From contig CAZJPG010000002.1 in assembly GCA_964547855.1 (NCBI GenBank), positions 41,797-105,796 of the forward strand: DNA of 64,000 bases, given 5' to 3'. A model generated the notes under the pieces. It was not told where the DNA came from, did not search any database, and worked only from the letters and a program-made list of their open reading frames with translations. The DNA is from an uncultured Gammaproteobacteria bacterium. GTDB lineage: Bacteria > Patescibacteriota > Patescibacteriia > Patescibacteriales > WJLG01. Made by a program: the position numbers and the translations under genes. Positions 9,811-20,782 of this stretch are shown here, one piece after another; positions within the stretch are counted from its first letter, which is position 1, and each line of letters starts with the position of its first letter.

Positions 9811-10650
9811 ATGGAAATATCACTTTCTCCGGAGATCCTATTCAATGTTTGGGGTTTTCCGGTGACAAATTCGTTTTTATTGATGATGGCCCTATCTGTC
9901 TCCATTGTAGTTTTTTCTTTGGCTATGGGGTCTGGACTTAAGATGGTCCCGTCGAGGATACAGAGTTTGGTAGAGCTTTTATTTGAAGGCGCTTGGGATT
10001 TTGTTTTGGGCGTCGTTGGATCCAAGAAGAAGGCTAAAAAGATATTTCCATACGTTTTTACTATATTCATTTTTGTTCTATCGGCTAATTTGCTAACTCT
10101 TATTCCAGGACAAAATGCCGTTTCTTTAAAGAAGGTCGATGGAGCTGTGCCTTTATTTAGGGCTATTATGGCCGATTATGGCTTAGTGTTCGTGATGACC
10201 ATAGTTTCTGTGATAATGATGCAAATAATCGCTTTGGCGGCCATAGGCCCATTAGGTTACGTCGGTAAATTCATAAACGTTAAGAATCTTGGCTTGTTCT
10301 TTGCCTCTTTGTTCTCTGGCAAGCCAAAGTTTGGTCTCTTGGCACAGGGGTTTTTGGACGTTTTCCTTGGTTTTATGGATATAATAGGCGAGTTAGCTAA
10401 AGTTTTTTCCTTGTCATTCCGTCTTTTTGGTAATGTTTTCGCTGGCGAGGTGCTTGGGGCTGTGATGCTGTTCTTATTGCCATTCTTCGGGCCATTGCCT
10501 TTCTTGTTCTTGGGTTTGTTAAGTTCTTGCGTCCAGGCCTTTGTCTTTGCCGTTTTGACTTTGATATTTGTAAATATGGCTAGCGAGGCTGGTGGCGATA
10601 TCGAGGGCGTCGAGAAGATAGAGGAGGAGTTGAGTGAATCGTTTAGTTAA
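9811..10650 (+). CDS. atpB: F0F1 ATP synthase subunit a
   Basis: The conserved LSFRLFGNVFAGEV motif, including the essential Arg, is present in a multi-TM protein. Confidence 0.9.
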   Translation: MEISLSPEILFNVWGFPVTNSFLLMMALSVSIVVFSLAMGSGLKMVPSRIQSLVELLFEGAWDFVLGVVGSKKKAKKIFPYVFTIFIFVLSANLLTLIPGQNAVSLKKVDGAVPLFRAIMADYGLVFVMTIVSVIMMQIIALAAIGPLGYVGKFINVKNLGLFFASLFSGKPKFGLLAQGFLDVFLGFMDIIGELAKVFSLSFRLFGNVFAGEVLGAVMLFLLPFFGPLPFLFLGLLSSCVQAFVFAVLTLIFVNMASEAGGDIEGVEKIEEELSESFS

Positions 10651-10657
10651 TTAATAA

Positions 10658-10927
<270 letters not shown>

Positions 10928-10997
10928 AAAATAGAGCAACCACCCATTGCCGCCAAAAGCAAGGGGTGGAAACCTTATTTTTTAACTTTTTATCTAT

Positions 10998-11492
10998 ATG
11001 GGTTTGCTGAAAGTCTTGGGCATCGATTGGAGGATATTGCTTGCCCAGTTTATAAATTTTTCCGTCTTGCTGTTCGTCTTGTATAAATTCGCTTACAAGC
11101 CGATGTTTAAGTTTCTAGAGGATAGAAAAAAGAAAATAGAGGACGGCATAGAGAATGCGGTTTTGGCTGAGGAGCGCCTTAAGCAGATAGAGGAGAAAGA
11201 GCGCGAAGTCATGAGGAATGCGAAGAAAGAAGCGGTGGCCATATTGGAGGAGGCTCGTTTAGAAGCGGAGAATAATAAGAAGATAGCCGTCGATAAAGCT
11301 AAGGAAGAGATCGGAAAAATAATAAACCAAGAAAAGGAAGGCATGCGCCGGGAAAAAGCCGAAGTTTTGAAAAGCATTAAAAAGGAAGTAGCTGGCCTGG
11401 TCGCTATTTCATTAGAAAAAATACTTAAGGACGAGGTCAGTTTGGATAAGGATCAAGAGTTCATAAAAAAGGCCTTAAAAAAAGTAGAATAA
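10998..11492 (+). CDS. atpF: F0F1 ATP synthase subunit b
   Basis: N-terminal TM helix then a long charged coiled coil, in the expected operon position. Confidence 0.8.
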   Translation: MGLLKVLGIDWRILLAQFINFSVLLFVLYKFAYKPMFKFLEDRKKKIEDGIENAVLAEERLKQIEEKEREVMRNAKKEAVAILEEARLEAENNKKIAVDKAKEEIGKIINQEKEGMRREKAEVLKSIKKEVAGLVAISLEKILKDEVSLDKDQEFIKKALKKVE

Positions 11493-11496
11493 ACCC

Positions 11497-11895
11497 ATGA
11501 AGATAAGCGCCAAACAATACGCGAAAGCCCTTTTGGAGTCGGTATTGTCCGCTCCGGACAAGGAGAAGGAGATAATTAAAAGGTTCGCCTCTCTTTTGTT
11601 TAAGAGTGGCAAGTCTTCGATGTTGCCGGCGATAGTAGAGCATTTTGAGCTTTTATGGAATGAACACCACAACATATCGGATGTGGAGATAATATCCGCC
11701 CGCCAATTGTCCGATGAAGTTTACAAAATGCTGGAAAAGAAAGCGGCTGTTATGGCTGGAGTCGATAAGATAGAAGCAAAAAAAACCTTGGATCCAAAGA
11801 TCTTAGGGGGTGCAGTGCTTCGTTATCAGGATAAAGTTCTTGATATGAGCCTGTACACAAAATTTGAACACTTAAAAGATACATTAAAAGGTTAA
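11497..11895 (+). CDS. atpH: F0F1 ATP synthase subunit delta (short form)
   Basis: Sits between atpF and atpA and has an OSCP-like C-terminus ([17 protein letters not shown]). At 132 aa it is shorter than the typical ~180 aa. Confidence 0.6.
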   Translation: MKISAKQYAKALLESVLSAPDKEKEIIKRFASLLFKSGKSSMLPAIVEHFELLWNEHHNISDVEIISARQLSDEVYKMLEKKAAVMAGVDKIEAKKTLDPKILGGAVLRYQDKVLDMSLYTKFEHLKDTLKG

Positions 11896-11905
11896 GTTCA
11901 ATAAT

Positions 11906-13441
11906 ATGTCCAACACTAAGGATTTCATCATTGAGGAGTTAAAAAAGGAGATAAACGATTTTAAGTCGGATGTCAAAGAGAAGACCTTCGGTAGGGTGCG
12001 AGAGGTCGGTGACGGAATTGCCAGACTTTCCGGTCTTTCCGACGTGATGATGTCGGAAATGCTTGAGTTTAAAACCTCTGCAGGTTTGCGTTATGGAGTG
12101 GCTTTGAATCTTGATGAGGATAGCGTTGGTGCCATTATTCTTGATGATCATCTCTCCATAAAAGAAGGTGACGAGGTTTGCAGTACTGGAAAAATATTGG
12201 AAGTGCCAGTGTCTGATAGTATAATCGGTAGAGTTCTTAATCCACTTGGCCGCTCTTTGGATGGAGGCGAAGAGATCAAGGCCGATAAATATTATCCAGT
12301 GGAAAAAGTCGCCCCTGGAGTCATTACTCGTGAGTCGGTTAAAAAACCTCTGCAGACCGGAATTAAGGCTGTCGATGCGATGATTCCAATCGGACGCGGT
12401 CAGCGCGAATTAATCATTGGCGACCGTCAGATCGGTAAGACTGCTATAGCCATTGACACCATCATTAATCAGAAGAGTGAGAATGTTAAATGTATCTATG
12501 TCGCTGTCGGACAAAAGGAATCTAAGATCGCCAATATAGTGGCAAAGTTGAAGGATGCTGGCGCTATGGAATATACGACCGTCGTAGCGGCCGGAGCCTC
12601 AGATCCAGCTTCCTTGCTTTACATAGCCCCTTATGCCGGTTGTGCTATGGCTGAATATTTTCTAGATAAAGGAGAGGATGTTCTTATAGTTTATGATGAC
12701 CTCTCTAAGCATGCCGCGGCCTATCGCGAGATATCTTTGCTTTTAAGAAGACCCCCTGGTCGTGAAGCCTATCCTGGTGACGTTTTTTATTTGCACTCTC
12801 GTTTGTTGGAGCGCGCTTGTAAATTGAATAAGGATTTTGGAGGTGGATCGATTACTGCTTTGCCTATAATCGAAACTCAGGCTGGAGACGTGTCCGCCTA
12901 TATTCCAACCAACGTCATCTCTATTACCGATGGTCAGATATATCTGGAGCCAGATTTGTTCTATCAGGGAAATCGCCCAGCTATCAATGCCGGCATTTCA
13001 GTGTCTCGTGTAGGATCGTCTGCTCAGATCAAGGCCATGAAGAAAGTCGCTGGTAAAATGCGTTTAGAGGTCGCTCAATTCCGTGAGTTGGCGGCTTTTG
13101 CTCAGTTCAGCTCCGATCTTGATCAGGAAACGAAGAAAAAATTAGAAAGAGGCAAGAGAATAGTCGAGGTTTTGAAACAAGTTCAGTATGTGCCGATGTC
13201 AGTGGATAAGCAGGTCGCCGTCTTCTTTGCCGTAACCTCTGGATTGATGGATGATGTCCCGCAGGAAAAGATAGGCGAATTCGAGGCCGGCATGTTGTCA
13301 TATATCGAGAATAAGTCATCGGATATCCTTGAAAAGATAAAACAAACTTCAGAACTGGATGAGTCCGCACAAGAGGAATTAAAGAAGACTATAAACGATT
13401 TTAAGGACACCGTAGATTATTTAGAAAGCGGTTTAGCTTAG
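11906..13441 (+). CDS. atpA: F0F1 ATP synthase subunit alpha
   Basis: Walker A GDRQIGKT is present, and length and overall pattern fit. Confidence 0.95.
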   Translation: MSNTKDFIIEELKKEINDFKSDVKEKTFGRVREVGDGIARLSGLSDVMMSEMLEFKTSAGLRYGVALNLDEDSVGAIILDDHLSIKEGDEVCSTGKILEVPVSDSIIGRVLNPLGRSLDGGEEIKADKYYPVEKVAPGVITRESVKKPLQTGIKAVDAMIPIGRGQRELIIGDRQIGKTAIAIDTIINQKSENVKCIYVAVGQKESKIANIVAKLKDAGAMEYTTVVAAGASDPASLLYIAPYAGCAMAEYFLDKGEDVLIVYDDLSKHAAAYREISLLLRRPPGREAYPGDVFYLHSRLLERACKLNKDFGGGSITALPIIETQAGDVSAYIPTNVISITDGQIYLEPDLFYQGNRPAINAGISVSRVGSSAQIKAMKKVAGKMRLEVAQFRELAAFAQFSSDLDQETKKKLERGKRIVEVLKQVQYVPMSVDKQVAVFFAVTSGLMDDVPQEKIGEFEAGMLSYIENKSSDILEKIKQTSELDESAQEELKKTINDFKDTVDYLESGLA

Positions 13442-13482
13442 GTTGTCAAAGAAAGATTTTAAAATGATAACCGTCAATTTAA

Positions 13483-14481
13483 ATGCCAAGCGCTAAAGAA
13501 ATACAACGCCGAATAAAATCGGTGAAAAATATAAAGAAGATCACCAAAGCCATGGAAATGGTGGCGGCGGCCAAGATGCGTAAGACCATCGAGGCAGTTT
13601 TGCGCACCCGTACTTATGCCAATTTGGGTTGGATGACGCTTTTGAATATCTCTGCCTCTGCCGGAGCCGGAAGACATCTTCATCCATTTTTGGATAAAAG
13701 ATCAGAAGTTAAACGTGAAGCTATAATCTTAATATCCTCAAATCGCGGTCTGTGCAGTAATTTTAACTCCGCCATTATAAATAAGGCCGTTAGGTCTATA
13801 TTGAAACATGGGTATGAAGAGCGACGCTTGACCGAGAGAGTCGTTCAGGAATTCGGTCGTGACGTCGATTTCATAGTTGTGGGTAGAAAAGGTTTGGCAG
13901 TAAAGGCTCGTTACGGATTGCCAGTCGTGGCTGATTTCCCTAAGCAGGACGTAGCTTTCGAGGTTAAGGAGATAATACCAGTGGCTAAATTAGTCATAAA
14001 TGATTATTTAGCCGGGAAATATGACAAAGTCATGGTCGCCTATACAGACTTCGTCAATGCCTCGAAACAAGTCCCTCGCGTCAAACAGTTGTTGCCAATA
14101 GATCTGTCGTCAAAAGATGAACACTTGGGCGTCGTTGGTCTTGATTCAAGGGTTGGTTCTGATAAAGAGTTCATCAAGAAAAAAGAAGAGAAATATCTTT
14201 CAAGATCATCCGATACGCCATACACTTTTACCTTTGAACCGGATCAGGAGACTATACTTAAAGAAATAGTGCCGCGCTTAATAGAAGTTCAGCTGTTTCA
14301 GGCTTTATTGGAGTCGAACGCTTCGGAGCACAGCGCTAGAATGTCGGCTATGAAGAAGGCCTCCGATGCCGCCGAAGACATAAGTTCCGAATTGACTTTG
14401 TTTTACAACAAGGCTCGTCAAGCCGGTATAACCAATGAGATCTCGGAGATCGTGGCAGGGGTCAATGCTTTAAGCAACTAA
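13483..14481 (+). CDS. atpG: F0F1 ATP synthase subunit gamma
   Basis: The N-terminus IQRRIKSVKNIKKITKAMEMVAAAKMRK is gamma-like. At 332 aa it is longer than the usual ~290 aa, which implies an internal insertion. Confidence 0.9.
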   Translation: MPSAKEIQRRIKSVKNIKKITKAMEMVAAAKMRKTIEAVLRTRTYANLGWMTLLNISASAGAGRHLHPFLDKRSEVKREAIILISSNRGLCSNFNSAIINKAVRSILKHGYEERRLTERVVQEFGRDVDFIVVGRKGLAVKARYGLPVVADFPKQDVAFEVKEIIPVAKLVINDYLAGKYDKVMVAYTDFVNASKQVPRVKQLLPIDLSSKDEHLGVVGLDSRVGSDKEFIKKKEEKYLSRSSDTPYTFTFEPDQETILKEIVPRLIEVQLFQALLESNASEHSARMSAMKKASDAAEDISSELTLFYNKARQAGITNEISEIVAGVNALSN

Positions 14482-14508
14482 AATTAAATAATAAGAATTA
14501 AGAATTAA

Positions 14509-15915
<1,407 letters not shown>

Positions 15916-15937
15916 GCAGCGAATAAAATTATAATTT

Positions 15938-16369
15938 ATGTCTAAAACCATTAACTTCGAAATAGTCACTCCAGAGAAAGAGGTGTTAAAGGAGGAAGTG
16001 ACTGAAGTTACCATACCTACTTCCGAGGGTGAGATAACGGTTCTACCTAATCACGTGCCGCTGATTTCGTTTTTGAAATCCGGAGTCATAATCATGCGCA
16101 AAAGCGATGGTGGTCGGGATGTGGCTTTCGTGTCCGGAGGTTTTGTCGAGGTCTTAAAGAATAAAGTCGTCATTTTAGCCGACGTTGCCGATCGAGCCGA
16201 GGACTTAGATGAAACTAAAGTAGAAGAAGCTAGAAGAAGGGCAGAAGAGGATATGAAGAATGTTCGCCACGAAGATGCGGAAGAATTCGCTCAAGTCAGG
16301 GCTCAATTGGATAGGGCGCTGGCAAGGGGTAAAGCGGTCAAGAAGTGGCGCAATATTAGGGCTTATTAA
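15938..16369 (+). CDS. atpC: F0F1 ATP synthase subunit epsilon
   Basis: Last gene of the operon, with an N-terminal beta-sandwich pattern and a C-terminal helical region. Confidence 0.85.
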   Translation: MSKTINFEIVTPEKEVLKEEVTEVTIPTSEGEITVLPNHVPLISFLKSGVIIMRKSDGGRDVAFVSGGFVEVLKNKVVILADVADRAEDLDETKVEEARRRAEEDMKNVRHEDAEEFAQVRAQLDRALARGKAVKKWRNIRAY

Positions 16370-16384
16370 TAGTTTGATAAGATC

Positions 16385-16418
16385 GAGGCTTGATCAAGGC
16401 CTCGATTTTTTTATTGTC
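16385..16418 (+). terminator. Rho-independent terminator after atpC
   Basis: Stem atcgaggc, loop ttgatcaa, stem ggcctcgat, then a T-run. Confidence 0.7.
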
Positions 16419-16430
16419 AAAAGGTTATTA

Positions 16431-16459
16431 TTGACAAAAAATGAAAAATATGCTATCAT
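16431..16459 (+). promoter_or_regulatory. Sigma70-like promoter
   Basis: TTGACA, a 17-nt spacer ending atatgc, then TATCAT. The same aTATGcTATCAT -10 context appears at 25692..25709. Confidence 0.5.
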
Positions 16460-16508
16460 ATCAAAATATCTAAAAAATCTCATATTTTGGGAATAACAAG
16501 GAGTTTTT

Positions 16509-17336
16509 ATGAATATCCATCAGTATTTCAATCTGATAGCCAAAAAGAAGCAGACTATCGTCATTATCATGTCGATATTCTTGTCTGTGGCTATCCTGGC
16601 TTCGGCCGTTCAACCGTTTAAATACGGTTCTTCGCTCAAGCTTTTGACTATCAACACGTTCAAGGACACTGACCCTTATACGGTCTCTCGTTCCAATGAA
16701 TATTTGAGCAATCTTTTGTCTCAAATCGTTTCTTCCAACTCATTCTTCGAGAAGGTCAAGACTTCCAATTCTGGGATCGACACCTCGTATTTTAAGGGTG
16801 ATAGTCAGAAACAGATGAAGAGATGGAATAAGACGGTTAAGGCCAAGGCCTTGGGAGATACAGGTATGATAACTATAGATATCTATCACACCGATCCATC
16901 GCAGGCCACTGAAATCGCCCGCTCTGTAGCTTATGTTTTGCAGACCGATCACGCTCAATATCATGGTTTTGGCGACAAGGTTCAGATCAAGATCATTGAC
17001 GAGCCAATAACTTCTAAATTCCCTGTTCAGCCTAACGTGCCTATGAATTTAGGCTTGGCTGTTATATTTGGCTTGCTCTTCTCTTTGGGTTATATTTACA
17101 TTTTCCCTGAAGAGAGGTATGATCTTAGGCTTTCTGGTTCAAGATCTGCGGCCAGGGTCAAGAAAGATGATGTCGTGACGAGCGAATCTGCTGCCATTGC
17201 CGAAAGTGTTTATCCGGAGATATATCAAAATGATGATTATGCCAAGAACTATAACCTAGCTTTAGCTGAGGCTGAGGCGGAGGATGGCGGTGATTTCGAG
17301 GAGAACGGAGACATGAGTAATGTCTTAGTTAGGTAA
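16509..17336 (+). CDS. Polysaccharide chain-length determinant (Wzz-like) membrane protein
   Basis: Two TM helices (N-terminal and at about residue 180, PMNLGLAVIFGLLFSLGYIYIF) flank a periplasmic-type domain with the Wzz N-terminal pattern. Confidence 0.5.
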   Translation: MNIHQYFNLIAKKKQTIVIIMSIFLSVAILASAVQPFKYGSSLKLLTINTFKDTDPYTVSRSNEYLSNLLSQIVSSNSFFEKVKTSNSGIDTSYFKGDSQKQMKRWNKTVKAKALGDTGMITIDIYHTDPSQATEIARSVAYVLQTDHAQYHGFGDKVQIKIIDEPITSKFPVQPNVPMNLGLAVIFGLLFSLGYIYIFPEERYDLRLSGSRSAARVKKDDVVTSESAAIAESVYPEIYQNDDYAKNYNLALAEAEAEDGGDFEENGDMSNVLVR

Positions 17337-17357
17337 ATTTTTTTGGATTTTGACATA

Positions 17358-17380
17358 AAGAGGGTGATTTTCACCCTCTT
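17358..17380. terminator. Perfect 9-bp stem hairpin after the Wzz-like gene; the T-tail is weak
   Basis: aagagggtg, loop atttt, caccctctt. Confidence 0.4.
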
Positions 17381-17475
17381 AAGCCAAGACCTAAAAATTA
17401 AAGGTTTTTGGAAAAGGAATGTCCTTTAAATAAGAATCACTGAAAAAAATCAACCAAAAAAAAAGGAGGCTTCAC

Positions 17476-19221
17476 ATGAAGCGCTTTACGTATTTTTTCA
17501 TCATTGTTGTTGCAGCCCTGGTGTCAAACACTGATGCCAATATTTTTAAAGACATCATCGACGCTGTCGCCCCTCGCAAAGAAGTTCCGAAAGCAGAGGA
17601 GCAGCCGCGTTGCACCAATGACATTGGCAAGTCCGACATCACTACGGTGGTGCCGAGCAAGCCTGAACAGGGGAAGAGTTATCTCGTTCCCTTCGACAAA
17701 AATGTCGCCGACATCATCAGTGAGAGCGGCGCTCTCTGTAAAGGAGAACGCATTCCACTGACGTATTTCAACCGGATCAACGATCTGCCTAAGCTCACTA
17801 CGGTGATCAAGGGCGGACAGACTGTTTGGATCCCGACTTGTCAGCAGGTCGATTCTTTGCGCAAAGCCATCGCGGCGGAGAGCAAGAGTTCTACTTCGAA
17901 GACGAGCAAAAAAAGCACGACCGTTAATTCCGATGCAACCTATGTTGCCAAGGAAGATATAAGCGGGCCGTGGCGTTGGAAAAAAGTCGGTGGCGATCGG
18001 TTTGGTGATCGTGATGTATATCGAGCACTTCGTCTGATGGGTTTCGAACCCGATGTCATTCAGGAGCTCGAGAGAATGATCGCGGCCAATGATTACGATG
18101 AGGGCGCCATATACAATGGTGATACCTTGGAGCAGATGGTCAGCGGTGAATTCGAGATCAAAGGCAAAAATGGGCGCAAAGTCCTTTGTGATTGGCAGGA
18201 TGGACGAACCTATTTGTCGGCAAGGCTTTACAGAATAGAGATGGATAATGGCTATACATTGGTCATAATTCGTCCCGACATCTGTTATAACTGGTGCTAC
18301 AAGTGGGAAAAGACGCCTGTTAAGATCGAAACGCCTCCATTGGATACAATCCCATTGGATACAACCCCCGTGGTGACCGATTCTGTGCCGGAATTTTGGC
18401 CCGATGAGCCCGATGAGCCGCCCTTGGATAAAGAGCCGGATCTTTGCGGTATCAAAGCCAATCCGCGTTTAAGCACGTGGGCATTGCATGATTTTCCTAG
18501 CTACGGTCCTTTTAGAAGGCATGGCGCAGGAAGTTATGGCATCGATGTTGATGTGCTGTTTTACAACACTTGCACTGAGCACGATACCAAGTTCGGATTC
18601 ACTGCTATGGTCGACGGTTGGGACGGAGAAAGCCGTGCCGGTTTTAATTATTACGGCTTCGAAGGCTATGCCGGACCAATGATGATCCTGACTCTTAACA
18701 AGTTCCCGGGTGTCTATTGGGGACTTGATGCTGGGCCTGGAATGCAGTTTGATTGGGGCAAAGGAGGGGATGATTATCCCTACAAGTCTTATCAAACGAA
18801 ATTTTTCGCTCGGCTTGGGAGTTCTCTGGATTTTCTCTGGTCAGATTTTCATCTGTCCATGTGGGCCAGTGGAAAGTTCTCTTTCGCCGATGGAAAAGAG
18901 TCATCTCTGAATGGCGTGCAGTATGGCACCGGTGTTTTGGCCGATGAAGTTGATTTGCCGAACAAAGGGCATGGTGTGGATGGTGGAATGAGAGCTTATT
19001 TCTTCCGTCGAAGCGCTGTTAGTCCGTTTATTGTTTGGCGCGAGTCATGGGCTTATGACGACGGGGCTATTTCCACAACGGTTGGAGCTGGCGCTCGTTT
19101 CGGCGAGCATTTGGTCATCGAAACTTCATGGAAGAATCGTGATCATTCCAAATATGGTTCCGATGCTGAAGGTAATTCCTTTGAATTGCTGATCAGCGGA
19201 CTCTGGGGACATTACAGATAA
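17476..19221 (+). CDS. Secreted protein (581 aa), GC-richer than its surroundings; the C-terminal half is rich in alternating aromatic and polar residues
   Basis: Strong GGAGG RBS. Signal peptide MKRFTYFFIIVVAALVSNTDA. Codon use is visibly GC-biased (cgc, ccg, gcc). It ends ...GLWGHYR. Confidence 0.6.
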   Translation: MKRFTYFFIIVVAALVSNTDANIFKDIIDAVAPRKEVPKAEEQPRCTNDIGKSDITTVVPSKPEQGKSYLVPFDKNVADIISESGALCKGERIPLTYFNRINDLPKLTTVIKGGQTVWIPTCQQVDSLRKAIAAESKSSTSKTSKKSTTVNSDATYVAKEDISGPWRWKKVGGDRFGDRDVYRALRLMGFEPDVIQELERMIAANDYDEGAIYNGDTLEQMVSGEFEIKGKNGRKVLCDWQDGRTYLSARLYRIEMDNGYTLVIIRPDICYNWCYKWEKTPVKIETPPLDTIPLDTTPVVTDSVPEFWPDEPDEPPLDKEPDLCGIKANPRLSTWALHDFPSYGPFRRHGAGSYGIDVDVLFYNTCTEHDTKFGFTAMVDGWDGESRAGFNYYGFEGYAGPMMILTLNKFPGVYWGLDAGPGMQFDWGKGGDDYPYKSYQTKFFARLGSSLDFLWSDFHLSMWASGKFSFADGKESSLNGVQYGTGVLADEVDLPNKGHGVDGGMRAYFFRRSAVSPFIVWRESWAYDDGAISTTVGAGARFGEHLVIETSWKNRDHSKYGSDAEGNSFELLISGLWGHYR

Positions 19222-19230
19222 GGAGGATGT

Positions 19231-19629
19231 ATGAGGGTGGTGTTTGTCCTTTTGCTGGCATTCGTTATGTCCTTCGGACAGACGGCTAAGCGGAGCGACA
19301 TTACGACGCTCTGTGGTCCGACTTCCGATTCGACGGTCATTTGGTTGTCTGCGGCTATCTGTGAAGTAGCTTTCGGCAAGGAAGCTGTGGAACAAGCCAA
19401 AGCCAAAGGTGATCTTAACTTTAAGCATAATCGAGGTAAAAGAACTTTGTTCACTTATGACAAAGAAAGAAATTATTTCTTGGTCAGAATGAATTTTTTC
19501 TCCGACACCCTGTCGGACACCTCGAGCATCGCCAAAGTCATCGATTCGACGAAAGTCGAGAAAGTTAAGAAAGTTGAGGACGAATTAGTCTGGGATCCTG
19601 TGGCCAAGAAATTGGTCGAGGTTCACTGA
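19231..19629 (+). CDS. Small secreted protein (132 aa)
   Basis: Signal peptide MRVVFVLLLAFVMSFGQTA, a GGAGG RBS, and the same GC-rich patch. Confidence 0.5.
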   Translation: MRVVFVLLLAFVMSFGQTAKRSDITTLCGPTSDSTVIWLSAAICEVAFGKEAVEQAKAKGDLNFKHNRGKRTLFTYDKERNYFLVRMNFFSDTLSDTSSIAKVIDSTKVEKVKKVEDELVWDPVAKKLVEVH

Positions 19630-19647
19630 CTTTCAGTGATTTATCAA

Positions 19648-19690
19648 GGTGCCAATAATGAGATAAAACTCATTATTGGCACCCTTTTTT
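19648..19690 (+). terminator. Rho-independent terminator
   Basis: 15-bp stem ggtgccaataatgag, loop ataaaa, stem ctcattattggcacc, then cttttttc. Confidence 0.75.
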
Positions 19691-19931
19691 CCGAAATCTT
19701 CAGTAGTAAGGACTGGAGCTTTCAGAGAAGGGAATTGACAAAAGTCAAAATATGTGCTAAGTTGCTATTTGTTAAATACGAAAAGAAGTTGGGTGATTCG
19801 AAGATAGGAGTGGAAATAAGCTTATTTTCAAGTCACGCACCTTTTTAGCTCATTTTAAAAAAAGAAAGACGGGCTGGTGTAAAACAGTAAAATGAAAAAC
19901 AAACAAACCACAAACAACTAAGGAGGTTTTC

Positions 19932-20375
19932 ATGAAAATTCTCGCAGCAGTTGCCTTTCTCGCAGTCTCCGTTTCCGCGGAATACTACACCACGGCCTCG
20001 ATCACCAAACAGGCCGACGGTACCTACCAGATCGTATTTCCGATCAATGACTGGCAGGCAAACCCCGCGGCTGCGGCCAAGGATCTGGCCAACAAGACCG
20101 TTACCTTCGGCAAAGACGTGACCGTCTGTGCGACCCTGTACTCCGGAACCAAAAAGATCAAACAGGGTAATCACATGCTGGTTACCGTCACAAACTGGAC
20201 CAAGTACCAGGCCGTAGGAACTCTCTATGTTCCCGATGGTGTCAATGTGACCAAGGTTCTTGTCTGGTGCAGTGCTCCGGCCGGTGAAGCAAAAGCCACC
20301 AACGGCTGTATGCTGCTCAACCCCAAGGATCCGTCCTATACGCCCGAAGGGTACGTCCTCAAAGTCCAGGGCTAA
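19932..20375 (+). CDS. Small secreted protein (147 aa), the most GC-rich gene in the patch
   Basis: GGAGG RBS and signal peptide MKILAAVAFLAVSVSAEY. A CA-rich 5' leader aaacaaacaaaccacaaacaac precedes it. Confidence 0.55.
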   Translation: MKILAAVAFLAVSVSAEYYTTASITKQADGTYQIVFPINDWQANPAAAAKDLANKTVTFGKDVTVCATLYSGTKKIKQGNHMLVTVTNWTKYQAVGTLYVPDGVNVTKVLVWCSAPAGEAKATNGCMLLNPKDPSYTPEGYVLKVQG

Positions 20376-20401
20376 GGTGCAAACCGTCTTTCTAATGTCA
20401 T

Positions 20402-20439
20402 CCCCTCGAATACGCAAGTATTCGAGGGGTATTTTTTTA
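20402..20439 (+). terminator. Rho-independent terminator ending the GC-rich patch
   Basis: cccctcgaatac, loop gcaa, gtattcgagggg, then tattttttt. Confidence 0.75.
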
Positions 20440-20515
20440 ATAAATAGTAAATGGCATGTTGATTTTTATCTTATTAGAATATTGGAAAATTAAATATATT
20501 GGTAAAGTCTTGAGT

Positions 20516-20635
20516 AATTGCTTTTTAAAAGCTTTTTTCGAGGATTTTGCTTGGTCCGCCTTGGGCGGAAAATCCGAGAAAAACAGAGCGAGATTTTTCG
20601 CTGGAAAAAAATCGAGCGTCTTTTAAAAAGCAATT
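20516..20635. repeat. Structured intergenic repeat element, copy A (about 120 bp)
   Basis: The conserved core is aaaagcttttttcga-g/a-ga-ttt-gct-t/c-ggtccgccttgggcggaaa-t-ccgagaaaaacagagcga ... gtcttttaaaa. This copy is flanked by its own perfect inverted repeat (aattgctttttaaaag and cttttaaaaagcaatt). Confidence 0.7.
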
Positions 20636-20740
20636 GATCGAGACTGTTCTCATTAAAGATAGAAAAAAATAATAACTAGCAACATTTTAGCTCTTGCTCT
20701 ATCTTTTCCTTTATGCATAATACATTATACTTTATACAAA

Positions 20741-20770
20741 AACCGGTCTGTTAAACCGGATTTTTTTATT
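20741..20770. terminator. Bidirectional hairpin downstream of the 20783..22171 gene
   Basis: aaaaaccggtctgttaaaccggattttttt, where the palindromic ccgg arms sit between an A-run and a T-run. Confidence 0.45.
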
Positions 20771-20782
20771 CACGACTTCTAG

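Noticed and set aside
19845-20417. 190-aa minus-strand ORF overlapping the 19932..20375 secreted-protein gene
   Set aside because: It is a shadow ORF in GC-rich DNA, antisense to a gene that has a signal peptide, a strong RBS and a terminator. It has no RBS of its own and a low-complexity Gly/Arg composition.
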